NCBI GenBank assembly: GCA_965219345.1 | Contig: OZ244732.1 | Coordinates: 1,120,001 to 1,184,000 of the forward strand | Source: Nitrosopumilus sp. | Lineage (GTDB): Archaea > Thermoproteota > Nitrososphaeria > Nitrososphaerales > Nitrosopumilaceae | Direction of reading: 5' to 3' | Length of the DNA: 64,000 nt | In this document: one piece after another, positions 41,960 through 52,700 of the stretch | Position numbering within the stretch: the first letter of the stretch is position 1 | Layout of the letters: each line of letters begins with the position of its first letter | Made by a program: the position numbers and the translations under genes | The notes under the pieces: model-generated | What the model was told of the DNA's origin: nothing | Databases searched by the model: none | Seen by the model: the letters and a program-made list of their open reading frames with translations, nothing else

Positions 41960-42910
41960 TTATTCTAGTTGATATAGATCCAATTTGCAATCAATACTGC
42001 AATCTGGTGTAGGCCAATCAAGTGTGTTTTCTTGTGGAATCATTCCAAGTGGATCGTAGTTGTCAAACTTTGTCATTCCTTGAATGGAAGACAACATTAC
42101 AACTTTGGATTCATCAGAAGTTGATATCACGTCTATTTGTGAATTACCTTCATTTAGAATCCCACTTGTGAGATTTGTGATTGAGTTTAAGACTCCAACG
42201 GGAATATTGCTTCCTCCAACTACATACAGCATTGAGCGTTTTATTGCATTTGGTGGGGCATTTTCATAGAGCATTTTTAGTGAATCCCTTAGAGAATCTT
42301 CAATATTTTGTCCTTCTTTGCTTGTTGTGAGAATGTTTGTTTCAGAAGACATTTCAGATGAATTAAGTGATTTTACTACGTGCATAATTGCAGAGTTTGC
42401 AATATCATAACATACCTTGGGACTCAAATCTGGATTACTCTCAAGTAACGAATCATTATCAAGTACAATAGTACATTCTGAGTTTTCTCTAACTCTTTTT
42501 AGGGATATTCCAGAATTAAAAATTCTATCTTTTTCATATTTGAAAGGCATAATTGCAAATGAAATCAATCCTTTGTCGGACTCTTTACAAATTTCTGATA
42601 CTACCGGTGCTATGGCTGAACCCGCTTTTCCAGCCAAGTTACTCATCAGAATTACTGTGGAATAGTCTGCAATCTTTGATTTTATTTCATCAGCAACCTT
42701 GTAAGTTGAGCCTCTGATTAATTGAACAGATGGATTAACTACCGAATCTGTTGAAACGTGAATAGATGGATTCTCCGCTGAGAGATCTTTAGCATCATTA
42801 CTGATTGTTAGACAATCCGAATTGATAGAATCTTTTGCTTTAATTGCTAATTTTGAGCCTACACCGCCTAAACCTATGACTAAGATTGGTTGTTTTACTT
42901 GAAAACTCAT
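41960..42910 (-). CDS. ftsZ: Thaumarchaeal divergent FtsZ
   Basis: VIGLGGVG, MPFKYE, LDND; the GGGTG loop is replaced by LAGKAG. Confidence 0.8.
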   Translation of the reverse strand: MSFQVKQPILVIGLGGVGSKLAIKAKDSINSDCLTISNDAKDLSAENPSIHVSTDSVVNPSVQLIRGSTYKVADEIKSKIADYSTVILMSNLAGKAGSAIAPVVSEICKESDKGLISFAIMPFKYEKDRIFNSGISLKRVRENSECTIVLDNDSLLESNPDLSPKVCYDIANSAIMHVVKSLNSSEMSSETNILTTSKEGQNIEDSLRDSLKMLYENAPPNAIKRSMLYVVGGSNIPVGVLNSITNLTSGILNEGNSQIDVISTSDESKVVMLSSIQGMTKFDNYDPLGMIPQENTLDWPTPDCSIDCKLDLYQLE

Positions 42911-42983
42911 TTCAGATACTATTCTTTGATTTAGATAAAAAACCTTCTTACGTTTTTTTAATCAAATCTTAGATCGAAAAAAA

Positions 42984-44252
42984 TTAGCTTGCGATCTTTC
43001 CAAGAAGACTGTTTACAGTAACATCTGTAATCTCAACTGTATAAAATTGACCGATACCTACTTCATTTCTAACAAAGATAGGCTTGTAAGCAAAATTTCT
43101 ACCTTTGATGCCGTCATCTGTCTTCTCATCAAATAGAACTTTGCCCGTCCAACCGATCCACTTTTTGTTATTGTCCAATGATATTTTGTTGATCTGTTCA
43201 AAAATCATCTTACTTCTTCGTTTAACTTCAGCAACATCAATTTGTTCCCATTCAGCTGCCTCAGTACCAGGTCTTGCACTGTATTTTGACAGATTTACAA
43301 TATCTGGTCTTGTTTCGTTAAGTAGATTTGCTGTTTTTTGAAAATCTTCTTCAGTCTCTGAAGGAAATCCAACTATGACATCAGTTGAAATAGTAAAGTC
43401 TCCGAACCTTTCTTTTGCCCTTTTTACAATTTCTCTGAAAGTACCAACAGTATGGCCTCTTTTCATGTCATTGAGTACTTTGTCGCTTCCACTTTGTACT
43501 GGAATGTGAAGAAATTTGAAGACTTTGTCATTGTCAAAAGATTCTATCAGTTCTTCTTTGATCCTTGGCATGTACATTGGGTTCATCATGCCAACTCTAA
43601 CCATAAAATCATCTGGAATTTCTACAATCGCATCTATTAGTGATGGTAGATCAGTTCCAATGTCAAACCCATAACATCCGTTATCTGTAGATGTCAACCA
43701 CACTTCTTTACACCCTTCCTTGATCTCTGTTTGGACTTGTCTTACGATATCACCCAATCTATAACTTGAAAGATCTCCTTTGGATAGTTTGGTCTGACAA
43801 AATGTACATTCACTCATACATCCACTTGCTATCTCTATAATTCCAACTACTGGATTTAATCTGACCTTTGGAAGTCCAGTCTTTGATAAATCAGAGTCTT
43901 CTAACGAAATCTGTTTTCTACCATTTAATGTTGAATCAATCACCTGAAGTGTTTTTCCTAATGAGTTAGGTCCTAACAGGCTAGCATTTTCCGCAAACTT
44001 TTCAACAGTACTCTTTTCTGCTTTTGGAAAACATCCTGCCACAACCAATGGTTTTGATTTTAATGATTTTATTCTATGAATCATCTTGTTTGCAGTAGCG
44101 TCTTTGACAGAGCATGTTACCACTAAATTCAAATCAGATTCTGAAGAGTCATCTACTAAAGTATGACCGCCATTTAGAATAAGTCCTGAAATCATCTCTG
44201 AATCTGCAAAGCTAGCAGAACATCCGTAAGCTTCTACGAAAATCTTTGCCAT
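42984..44252 (-). CDS. mtaB: tRNA t6A37 methylthiotransferase (radical SAM, TRAM)
   Basis: YGC, CMSECTFC, HIPVQSGS, YSARPGT. Confidence 0.85.
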   Translation of the reverse strand: MAKIFVEAYGCSASFADSEMISGLILNGGHTLVDDSSESDLNLVVTCSVKDATANKMIHRIKSLKSKPLVVAGCFPKAEKSTVEKFAENASLLGPNSLGKTLQVIDSTLNGRKQISLEDSDLSKTGLPKVRLNPVVGIIEIASGCMSECTFCQTKLSKGDLSSYRLGDIVRQVQTEIKEGCKEVWLTSTDNGCYGFDIGTDLPSLIDAIVEIPDDFMVRVGMMNPMYMPRIKEELIESFDNDKVFKFLHIPVQSGSDKVLNDMKRGHTVGTFREIVKRAKERFGDFTISTDVIVGFPSETEEDFQKTANLLNETRPDIVNLSKYSARPGTEAAEWEQIDVAEVKRRSKMIFEQINKISLDNNKKWIGWTGKVLFDEKTDDGIKGRNFAYKPIFVRNEVGIGQFYTVEITDVTVNSLLGKIAS

Positions 44253-44255
44253 AAT

Positions 44256-45617
44256 CTACCCAAATAGAGAATTGATTTCCTTGTTACTAAATAGTTTCTT
44301 TGAAACAACCAACTCTCTGATGGTCTTTCCAGTTTTTAGTGATTCTTTGAAAAGTTCTGCAGATTTTTGATATCCTATTTTTGGAGTTAGCAAAGTAACA
44401 ATTACTGGACTATTTTCAATGTCCTTACGTAACTTGCCTTTGTTTGCAGCAAGTCCATTAATTAGATTTGCAGAAAATATTGGCAAGAAATTTTTGAGCA
44501 TATCTGTCGATTCTAGCATACACTTCAGCATTCCAGGCAACATGACATTGAGCTCAAACTGTCCGCTTTGTGCTGCATAAGCCACTGCTGTATCATTCCC
44601 AATTATGTTAAAACAAATCATGTTCATACATTCGGCTAAAGATGGATTTACTTTACCTGGCATAATGGACGAACCTGCATGTACTGCAGGAATTCCAAGT
44701 TCAGCCAATCCTGCAATTGGACCCGATGCCATTAATCTGATATCGTTTGCGATCTTTCCTATCTCTAGTGCCAAGTTTCGTAAAGACCCTGACAAATTTG
44801 TAACTGCAAACTTGCTTTGTAAACTATACTGCATATCTTTTTCAGGTTTTAGTGAAAGTCTGGAAATTTTTCCAAGTTCAACTATTGCAATCTTTCTGTA
44901 ACCTCTTGGTGTGTTTGCACCCGAGCCTACAGCTGTTCCTCCAAGAGCAACATTTTGTAATTCTTTTTGTGATGAAATAATTTCATTTCTTGCTTTGGTA
45001 ATTGATGTTACATAAGCTGCAAATTCACTACCTAGTGTTACTGGTAATGCATCCATTAGATGTGTTCTTCCAATTTTCTTAAATGATGAAAATTGTTTTG
45101 CTTTCTTTGATAGTGACTTTATCAAAATATCAATAGCTGGAATCACATCTTTAAGATTCATCAAAATTGCAACATGCATAGCAGTTGGATATGTGTCATT
45201 ACTTGATTGTGACATGTTTACATGATCATTTGGATGTAAGAATTGGTATTGTCCTTTCTTTTTATGTAGTATTTCTAGTGCAACGTTTGCAATAACCTCA
45301 TTAGAATTCATGTTAAATGCAGTACCTGCACCAGAGTTGATCATGTCTACTGCAAATTGATCAACATATTTTCCAGACAAAATTTTATCACATGCAGAAA
45401 CTATGGCCCTTCCACGCTTTGTGTCAATGGACTTTGTCTTCATATTTGCTAGTGCTGCAGAACGTTTAATCATTACAAATGACTTGATCAAATTTTCATG
45501 GCTTTTGTTTCCTGTAACATGATACTGTTTGATTGCTCTTCCAGTAAACGCCCCATAATATGCATCAGCTGGGATTTTGACTTTTCCAAGTGAATCTTGG
45601 TCTAATCTAAATTTCAT
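44256..45617 (-). CDS. fumC: Class II fumarase/aspartate ammonia-lyase family
   Basis: GSSIMPGKVNP, KIGRTHLMDA, SQSSND. Confidence 0.8.
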   Translation of the reverse strand: MKFRLDQDSLGKVKIPADAYYGAFTGRAIKQYHVTGNKSHENLIKSFVMIKRSAALANMKTKSIDTKRGRAIVSACDKILSGKYVDQFAVDMINSGAGTAFNMNSNEVIANVALEILHKKKGQYQFLHPNDHVNMSQSSNDTYPTAMHVAILMNLKDVIPAIDILIKSLSKKAKQFSSFKKIGRTHLMDALPVTLGSEFAAYVTSITKARNEIISSQKELQNVALGGTAVGSGANTPRGYRKIAIVELGKISRLSLKPEKDMQYSLQSKFAVTNLSGSLRNLALEIGKIANDIRLMASGPIAGLAELGIPAVHAGSSIMPGKVNPSLAECMNMICFNIIGNDTAVAYAAQSGQFELNVMLPGMLKCMLESTDMLKNFLPIFSANLINGLAANKGKLRKDIENSPVIVTLLTPKIGYQKSAELFKESLKTGKTIRELVVSKKLFSNKEINSLFG

Positions 45618-45729
45618 ATTGATTTTATAACAAATTATCTCCTATTATTCATTCTTTTTCAGATAATTTCATAATTACATAAGATGGGAATGCCAATTAT
45701 TATATAGGAATCATAAATGATCGGTTTTA

Positions 45730-47142
45730 ATGAATAAGCGTGTTAGTATGCTCTTTACAATTGCAGCTGTAGCTGTAATGGGAGCAACCTTATTCGGAAG
45801 CACATACACACAAACCCAAATTAGCGGACAATCCCTTGACATGTCTCAAATAGACATGGATATGATGGATCAGATTCGTCAAATGGGCGGTTTACAGCTT
45901 GTAATGCCACAAGCATTCGCAGAAACTGATTGTGGTGCACTTGCAGATACTGGACGCGACGTAGTTGAGTTCAATCTAACTGGTGAAAGTGTTGAACTTC
46001 CAATAATGGGAGGAAAGACATACAACGCCATGACTTTTAATCAACAGGTCCCAGGACCAACATTAAGAGTCACACAAGGTGATGTCGTAAAAATGACACT
46101 TTCAATTCCAGCTGATGAGGTTACTGGTCACGGTAACGACATGCACGCATCACAAATTACTGCATTGGCTTTTGACTCCGTAAATCCTGGAGAAACAAGT
46201 CAATACTGTTACATCGCTGAATCCGCAGGTGTTTTCAAATACCACTGTTCTGGTGTCCACTTAATTGGAATGGACCAACACGTACTTTCCGGCATGTACG
46301 GAATTGCAATTGTTGATCCTGCAAACGGATACAAGAAACTAATGGTAGAGAAGACAAGCGGCAGTGGTGAACTTGACAGACAGTTCTACAGTGCAGATGC
46401 ATTAGAGTTCACACTGCAATTCAACCAGTTATACCTTACACCTGAAGGCAATTATGACATGAGCAAAATGATGTCTCACCAAAATACTGCAACAGTAGTC
46501 AATGGAATGCAATTTGGTTACACTCCAAACATGGCACATAATTTACTCGTCAAAGGCGACGTGGATACCGACTTCTTTGTCGTACAACCATGGAAAGGAC
46601 TTGATTTGAAGCAGTACCAATCACAACTATTGTATGTTGAAAATGATCAACATGTAAGACTCTTTATTGAAAACCAAGGTAACGAGCCAGTATTCTTCCA
46701 CATTGTTGGAGAAATTTTGGATAGAGTTACACAAGGCAATAGAGTTCAGTCAGCAGCAACTGAAACATGGTTGCTTGGTGGTTCACAGAACATGATTGTG
46801 GATTTGGTATTTGATGAACCAGGAGCTTACGCACTAGTAAACCACGACTATGCAGCAATTTATTCTGGCGGACTTGGTCTATTTGTTGCAGGTGATCCAT
46901 TCAACTTGAATCCACTTTTAGTTGAAAAAGGAGTCATCCCTGCACCAGTGGCATCTTATGCACATGCATTAGGTAATCCAAGTGATGCTGTCCCACCAAT
47001 GGGAATGAACAGTATTGCACATCCAAAAGTAAACATTCATGGTCTATACACTGACGAAGTAGCTTCTGAAATGCAAGCAAGTGGCGATTATATCGCATTA
47101 TGGGAAGTAATTCCTGTAGTAGCAGAAATGTTAACTTCTTGA
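45730..47142 (+). CDS. nirK: Copper-containing nitrite reductase (AOA type)
   Basis: HGNDMH, YHCSG...DQHVLSGM, FHIVGE, LVNH. Confidence 0.92.
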   Translation: MNKRVSMLFTIAAVAVMGATLFGSTYTQTQISGQSLDMSQIDMDMMDQIRQMGGLQLVMPQAFAETDCGALADTGRDVVEFNLTGESVELPIMGGKTYNAMTFNQQVPGPTLRVTQGDVVKMTLSIPADEVTGHGNDMHASQITALAFDSVNPGETSQYCYIAESAGVFKYHCSGVHLIGMDQHVLSGMYGIAIVDPANGYKKLMVEKTSGSGELDRQFYSADALEFTLQFNQLYLTPEGNYDMSKMMSHQNTATVVNGMQFGYTPNMAHNLLVKGDVDTDFFVVQPWKGLDLKQYQSQLLYVENDQHVRLFIENQGNEPVFFHIVGEILDRVTQGNRVQSAATETWLLGGSQNMIVDLVFDEPGAYALVNHDYAAIYSGGLGLFVAGDPFNLNPLLVEKGVIPAPVASYAHALGNPSDAVPPMGMNSIAHPKVNIHGLYTDEVASEMQASGDYIALWEVIPVVAEMLTS

Positions 47143-47208
47143 TCACACCTTCTTTTTCTTTATTTTTTACTCATAATGATTATATTCGGTGAATAAAGGC
47201 AATCATTC

Positions 47209-48141
47209 ATGAGTTTTGAAGATTCTGTTTTAATCTGTGATGAGGTAGATCCAATACTAAACAAAATTTTAGAGGACAATGGTTTGAAAGTTTCTTATGA
47301 ACCTACAATCACTGCTGAACAAATCAAAGAAACAATAGGACAGTACGATATTGTAATTGTTAGAAGCAGGACAAAATTAACTAAAGATCTAGTTGAAAAA
47401 GCAGATAAATGTAAAATTATTGCACGTGTTGGTGTTGGGCTTGATAATATAGATCAAGACGCAGCCAAAGCAAAAAACATTCGTGTAATTAATGCAGTAG
47501 AAGGTGCAATGAATGCGGTAGCTGAATTAGTTTTGGGATTAATGCTATCTTTGGCAAGACAGACTGCTCGAGGTGATCGAGAAATTAGAAATGGAAATTG
47601 GCTTAAAAAAGAACTCAAGGGTACAGAACTCCGAGGAAAATACCTTGGAATTATTGGTTTAGGAAATATTGGAAAAAGATTGGGAAGACTTGCACGTGCA
47701 CTTAATATGAATATTATCGGGTATGATGTAATTCCGATTGATGAAGAATTTTCAAAAGAAGTTGGTTTAATGAAAGCAGATTTGAATACACTCTTGCAAA
47801 GTTCTGATTTTATCTCAATACATGTTCCTTTGTTAGATTCTACATATCATCTTCTAGATGCTCAAAAAATGTCTACAATGAAAAAAACTGCAAAAATTAT
47901 CAATACATCACGAGGTGGAGTCGTTGATGAGGATGCTCTGTATGATGCCATCAAAAATGGCACATTAGGTGGTGCGGCTTTAGATGTATTTGAAAAAGAA
48001 CCAGCCATTGGAAACAAATTGGCAGAACTAGACAATGTAATTCTAACGCCGCATATTGGTGCACAAACAAAAGAAGCTCAGTCTTTGGCTGCAAATGTAA
48101 TTGCTGAAAAGATTGTCCAGATACTTCGAGGCGTAATCTAG
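47209..48141 (+). CDS. serA: D-3-phosphoglycerate dehydrogenase
   Basis: RVGVGLDN, GLGNIG, TPHIGA. Confidence 0.85.
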   Translation: MSFEDSVLICDEVDPILNKILEDNGLKVSYEPTITAEQIKETIGQYDIVIVRSRTKLTKDLVEKADKCKIIARVGVGLDNIDQDAAKAKNIRVINAVEGAMNAVAELVLGLMLSLARQTARGDREIRNGNWLKKELKGTELRGKYLGIIGLGNIGKRLGRLARALNMNIIGYDVIPIDEEFSKEVGLMKADLNTLLQSSDFISIHVPLLDSTYHLLDAQKMSTMKKTAKIINTSRGGVVDEDALYDAIKNGTLGGAALDVFEKEPAIGNKLAELDNVILTPHIGAQTKEAQSLAANVIAEKIVQILRGVI

Positions 48142-48255
48142 TTTTCTCATAGAATTTCTGCCTGAACTTTAAAAATAAGCAAAAAAGCTTGACTTGTACG
48201 TGATTAATTATCGTCTCATTCTTTTTAACACCAGTTTGGAGGATCTGATATCGTA

Positions 48256-49143
48256 TTGAATAATTACAAAATGGATGAACTGCAATCTGAAAGACTAAGG
48301 CATTTTCCTAATGTTAATCTTCTGTTGAAAATCTCACTTGGTTTGATATTTTTTACAATCATTTCTTCTGCATTTGTATATGCAGAAACTCTTTCTGTAG
48401 ATATTGAGGGAAATTCATTTGATGTTGACTATACCGCAACAGGAATGACTGTATCTGGAATTGAAGCTGATTTAGATTTTATTTCCCTGATCTTGACTGT
48501 TGATGTTTCTGATTCTCCTGGAACTCTGGATATTACATTTGACAGATCTTTCTTTGATTCTATTTTTAATGGAGCAGATGATGACTTTATTATTTTAGCA
48601 GATGGCGATGAACCCGATTCCACAGAAACTGACACAACTGCTCAAAGCAGAACTCTAAGCATTCAAGTACCTGCAGGAACTGAAGATATAGAAATCATAG
48701 GCTCTGTCTTTGGTAATCCTCCAGCAGAAACAGAAGAAACCACGATGGAAGAGACCATGGAAAAAGAGACCACGATGGAAGAGACCATGGAAGAAGAGAC
48801 CACGATGGAAGAGACCATGGAAGAAGAGACCATGGAAAAAGAGACCACGATGGAAGAGACCATGGAAGAACCAACAGAAACCGTTGTTGAGACATCAAAA
48901 GTCCAATGTGGACCTGGAACTGTTCTTAAAGATGGTGCTTGTGTACTGGATGAAAGATGCGGTCCTGGAACTGTTCTTAAGGATGGTGCATGCGTTCTTG
49001 ATTCAACACCAAAGTCTTCTGGAACTTCTGTTAAAGTAATTGGCAAAGAATTGATTACAGGAACTGTTGCAGCATTTGTAATTGCTATGATAACTGTAAT
49101 TATTTTGGGAGCAATCTCTAGAGCTAGCAAAAGTGAAAATTAA
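48256..49143 (+). CDS. Thaumarchaeal secreted, C-terminally anchored protein with ETTME repeats and two CGPGTVLKDGAC motifs
   Basis: Signal-like segment, low-complexity linker (about 48735-48870), C-terminal TM. Confidence 0.75.
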   Translation: MNNYKMDELQSERLRHFPNVNLLLKISLGLIFFTIISSAFVYAETLSVDIEGNSFDVDYTATGMTVSGIEADLDFISLILTVDVSDSPGTLDITFDRSFFDSIFNGADDDFIILADGDEPDSTETDTTAQSRTLSIQVPAGTEDIEIIGSVFGNPPAETEETTMEETMEKETTMEETMEEETTMEETMEEETMEKETTMEETMEEPTETVVETSKVQCGPGTVLKDGACVLDERCGPGTVLKDGACVLDSTPKSSGTSVKVIGKELITGTVAAFVIAMITVIILGAISRASKSEN

Positions 49144-49184
49144 TCACAAGACAAATCCTCATGCTGTGATGATTGAATGTTTAT

Positions 49185-49841
49185 TCATATTTGATTTTCT
49201 ATTCCTGTTGGCGAAGAAATAATGCTTTCATCAATGAGATAACTTATCACTTGAGCAAAGTCTTTATCTGAAATTATTCCTTGAACCCACCAAAATCCTA
49301 TATTTTTTACCCAATCTGGTACATCTATTTCATGAATGTTTTCATCATCAATTTCAAAAGGTATATCAATTAATTCTGTATCCACATATTTCTGAAATGC
49401 ATCCATTAGATAACCATCTGATATTTTATCATTGAGCCATTCTATCAAAAACTGTCTAACTGATTCTGGAATACATTTATTATCTGAATCAATTAAATTA
49501 AATTCTGCTGTAACTTTTTCATCTGCATATTCTACATCAATAAAATATTTTCCTAATGGAAAAATTTCTTTTTCAAAAGCAAGTAACGATGGAACTGAAT
49601 TTTGTAAATTGGTAATTGGTATTGAAATTGCACTACTTCCTTTACCTGTTTCATCCCTGATATGAATAATTGCAGGTTCCCCTGTAATCTCTGAGACTTC
49701 AATTATGTAGAATAGTCTTTCACAATAACTGTATGTTGTTTTTTCCATTATGATAGTTACTGGGGGCTCTGCATGAGCAGCTGGCAAAAATACAAAAGTT
49801 ATTGCCAAAATTATAGGCAAGACAGCATTCCTTACTCTCAT
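49185..49841 (-). CDS. Secreted protein with thaumarchaeal VPDWVKN...WW C-terminal domain
   Basis: Signal peptide; VPDWVKNIGFWWVQGIISD. Confidence 0.75.
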   Translation of the reverse strand: MRVRNAVLPIILAITFVFLPAAHAEPPVTIIMEKTTYSYCERLFYIIEVSEITGEPAIIHIRDETGKGSSAISIPITNLQNSVPSLLAFEKEIFPLGKYFIDVEYADEKVTAEFNLIDSDNKCIPESVRQFLIEWLNDKISDGYLMDAFQKYVDTELIDIPFEIDDENIHEIDVPDWVKNIGFWWVQGIISDKDFAQVISYLIDESIISSPTGIENQI

Positions 49842-49889
49842 TTTCTCTCTCTGGGAATTGCTCAATAAAAATCACAAAGCAAAATTGAG

Positions 49890-50009
49890 GGTTCTGTAAC
49901 GTTATAGGCACCTAGGAAGGTACCAGTTCCGTCCTTACGATCAAAAAATGTTACTAATCTTCAATCCTTAGAAGATCCATATCTCAGGTGCCTATTACGT
50001 TACAGAACC
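49890..50009. mobile_element. 120-bp MITE-like element with 24-bp terminal inverted repeats
   Basis: ggttctgtaacgttataggcacct and aggtgcctattacgttacagaacc match at 23 of 24 positions; GGTTCTGT end is IS6-like. Confidence 0.7.
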
Positions 50010-50090
50010 GTGTTTATACAACTTTTTGTTTGATATTTCTATCAAAGGGGGCATTTGAACGATTTTACAGTTATTAAAGGGGATTTTACT

Positions 50091-50555
50091 ATGCCCGATA
50101 TGCCTAGTCATCAAGACAAGATATGGATCAGACTTTGGAAAGAAAATGCTACCGAACTACGTGAACGTGTAGTTGGATGGCGTAGGCAGAATGCTGTTAC
50201 CAGAATCGAAAAACCAAGCAGACTGCAAAGGGCCAGAAGATTAGGCTACAAGGCAAAACAAGGAATCATTGTTGTCAGAATGAGAGTTGGAACTGGTGGT
50301 ATGAGAAAACAGAGACCTACAGGTGGGAGAAGACCAAAACATCTTGGAGTTACAAGAATCAAGGCGGATGACAATATGAAAACAGTTGCTGAAAGAAGAG
50401 TTCTTGAGAGATATCCAAACATGAAACTTTTGGGTTCATACTATATCTACAAAGATGGAAAACACTATTGGTTTGAAGTTATCCTAGCAGATCCAGCACA
50501 TCCAAGAATTGCTCAGGATAAAGAATTAAACCAACGAATATCTCAAGCTGCATAA
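50091..50555 (+). CDS. rpl15e: 50S ribosomal protein L15e
   Basis: ARRLGYKAKQG, WFEVILADP. Confidence 0.95.
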   Translation: MPDMPSHQDKIWIRLWKENATELRERVVGWRRQNAVTRIEKPSRLQRARRLGYKAKQGIIVVRMRVGTGGMRKQRPTGGRRPKHLGVTRIKADDNMKTVAERRVLERYPNMKLLGSYYIYKDGKHYWFEVILADPAHPRIAQDKELNQRISQAA

Positions 50556-50556
50556 A

Positions 50557-51369
50557 TTGAAATTATTTTTATTCATTCCATTATTTTTGTTTTTAATAGT
50601 TGCACCTGCATTTGGTCAACTGTCTGATTCGACTGGTCTGGCAAAACGTTTAGACGTCGAAACAGGTGGCTATACATTTGAAATTGAAACTGTTTCAAAC
50701 TTTGACTTAAAAGAACATGAATTTGATATAAATGAAAAACGACTGACAATTTTCATTAACAGTGGATTGGAAAATAATTTGGGTGAAATAATTATTCCAA
50801 AAATGTTACTTGGTGGTAATTTTACTTTTTATCTAAATGATATGGAGTTCAACCCAAAAATAAAATCAAATGACAAGATTTCATTTATCACTCTAAACTT
50901 TACTGGAACAGGTAACCACAAAATTGACATTATTGCGACTAATGCTGTTACCGAAGTAGAAGAAAAATCAGAAATCCATATTATTGATGAATCTACGTCT
51001 GAAAATGGTGGATGTCTAATCGCTACTGCAACATTTGACTCAGAACTAGCACCTCAAGTACAGCAACTAAGGGAAATACGTGATCAAAAGTTAATGAAAA
51101 CAGATTCTGGACAATTATTTTTGAACTCTTTCAATGAATTTTATTATTCATTTAGTCCGATAATTGCTGATTATGAACGTGAGAATCCTGTTTTCAAAGA
51201 AATTGTCAAGATTGTTATCACCCCAATGCTTTCAACACTTTCAATTCTGAATTATGTTGATATGGATTCAGAAGCTGAAGTACTAGGTTATGGAATTGGT
51301 TTGATTCTTCTAAATATCGGTATGTATTTTGTGGCTCCTGCTGTTGTAATTATAAAAATTGGAAAATAA
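50557..51369 (+). CDS. Secreted protein with CFI-box-CTERM domain
   Basis: GGCLIATA...ELAPQVQQLREIRD; C-terminal TM. Confidence 0.85.
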   Translation: MKLFLFIPLFLFLIVAPAFGQLSDSTGLAKRLDVETGGYTFEIETVSNFDLKEHEFDINEKRLTIFINSGLENNLGEIIIPKMLLGGNFTFYLNDMEFNPKIKSNDKISFITLNFTGTGNHKIDIIATNAVTEVEEKSEIHIIDESTSENGGCLIATATFDSELAPQVQQLREIRDQKLMKTDSGQLFLNSFNEFYYSFSPIIADYERENPVFKEIVKIVITPMLSTLSILNYVDMDSEAEVLGYGIGLILLNIGMYFVAPAVVIIKIGK

Positions 51370-51446
51370 ATCAATATGGAAATCCAAAAATTGCTCTAAT
51401 TGGAGGGTTTGGTTAGTTGTGGCACTATCAATAGTCGTTGTTTTGC

Positions 51447-52112
51447 TTAGTCTTCGTTAAGTAATTTTTGAATCATAGCCTCAATATTCCCTGCTTGTCC
51501 AAATGATACGTCTCTGAGAATGCCTTTCCTATCAACTAAAATAGCTGATGGTGTACCTTGTAGAGAAAATTTTTCAAATGTTTCAGCTGAATACTCTTTT
51601 GATTTCATGTGATCTTTTACTTTTTGAATAATTTGATTTTTGTACTCCTCTGGCTGTGAGTCAAATTCAGGAATCTGTGGATAGATAAACTCCATGATTT
51701 TTTCTTGAGTAATCTCTCCTGTGGCCTTTGTCAAATTATCCATTCCTAGTGGAAATGGAATTTTGTAATGTAACTTGTTTCCATCTTGTAATTTTCCATA
51801 CATTGAAAGTGCATTCTTGGTTTCTCCGACTACTTCACCTGTTTCTGCAAGCATTTTCAAATTCTCTAATGTGTTCTTATCAAAATCTTCAAAAGCAGTT
51901 GCAAGTCCTAAAACTCGAACTCCATCATCTTTGTATTTGTTGTATATTTCAATTGCCTCTGGAATTGCATTCATAAAACAACCCGGACAATTGACTTGAA
52001 AGACTTCCAATAACACAACATGGTCTTTTTCTTGATCAAAATTTGTTGGAGCGCCTTGTATCCACTCTGACACTCCAAAATTTGGTGCTTCTTGACCTAT
52101 TACTACACTCAC
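51447..52112 (-). CDS. TlpA/redoxin-family thioredoxin-fold protein
   Basis: FQVNCPGC and QGTPS. Confidence 0.8.
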   Translation of the reverse strand: MSVVIGQEAPNFGVSEWIQGAPTNFDQEKDHVVLLEVFQVNCPGCFMNAIPEAIEIYNKYKDDGVRVLGLATAFEDFDKNTLENLKMLAETGEVVGETKNALSMYGKLQDGNKLHYKIPFPLGMDNLTKATGEITQEKIMEFIYPQIPEFDSQPEEYKNQIIQKVKDHMKSKEYSAETFEKFSLQGTPSAILVDRKGILRDVSFGQAGNIEAMIQKLLNED

Positions 52113-52210
52113 AAAACATCCTCCAATTTTTTCCGTTAAATACATACCTCTACAAATTTTATATTTTTCTCGAGTAACCTAATATAGGACACTAAAAATC
52201 CCAAAACAAA

Positions 52211-52699
52211 TTGCAGGCAGTAACTGATGATCGATTAGCACTTTTTGGTGAAATGGAGTCAAAATATGAACAAAAAGATACAGAGTATTTTGTTTCTCTT
52301 TTAGAACATCCTGATTATGTGGTTAGAACAAGAGCTACCTGTATTTTGGTTGATTTTGGTGGAGAGGATAAAGTTCCCCATATTGCTAAAGTTTTAAAAA
52401 ATGATGAAAATGAATTGGTACGACATGAGGCTGCGTTCTCATTAGGCCAGATGTGTTACTCTAGTTCAATTCCTCCTCTAAATGATGCAACACTTAATGA
52501 TCCAAGTATGTTTGTACGTCATGAAGCTGCAATTGCTTTAGGTATTGTTGGCTCTAAAGATGCAAAAGAAACTTTGGAAAAGGCATTAAACGATCCTGAT
52601 AAATCAGTCGTTGAATCCGCAATTGTTGCCTTGTCTAATATTCAATTTATGGAAACGTTAAGTAAGAATGAAAAGTTTGCGAAGTTGACAGGTGGATGA
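52211..52699 (+). CDS. HEAT-repeat protein (PBS-lyase/DOHH-like)
   Basis: VRHEAA twice. Confidence 0.85.
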   Translation: MQAVTDDRLALFGEMESKYEQKDTEYFVSLLEHPDYVVRTRATCILVDFGGEDKVPHIAKVLKNDENELVRHEAAFSLGQMCYSSSIPPLNDATLNDPSMFVRHEAAIALGIVGSKDAKETLEKALNDPDKSVVESAIVALSNIQFMETLSKNEKFAKLTGG

Positions 52700-52700
52700 G

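Noticed and set aside
41960-42910. FtsZ lacking the GGGTG signature
   Set aside because: A known feature of the divergent thaumarchaeal FtsZ.
51421-51431. ggcactatcaa shared with 53785, and ataggcacct at 2708 shared with the MITE end
   Set aside because: Only 10-11 bp with no partner inverted repeat; compatible with chance.
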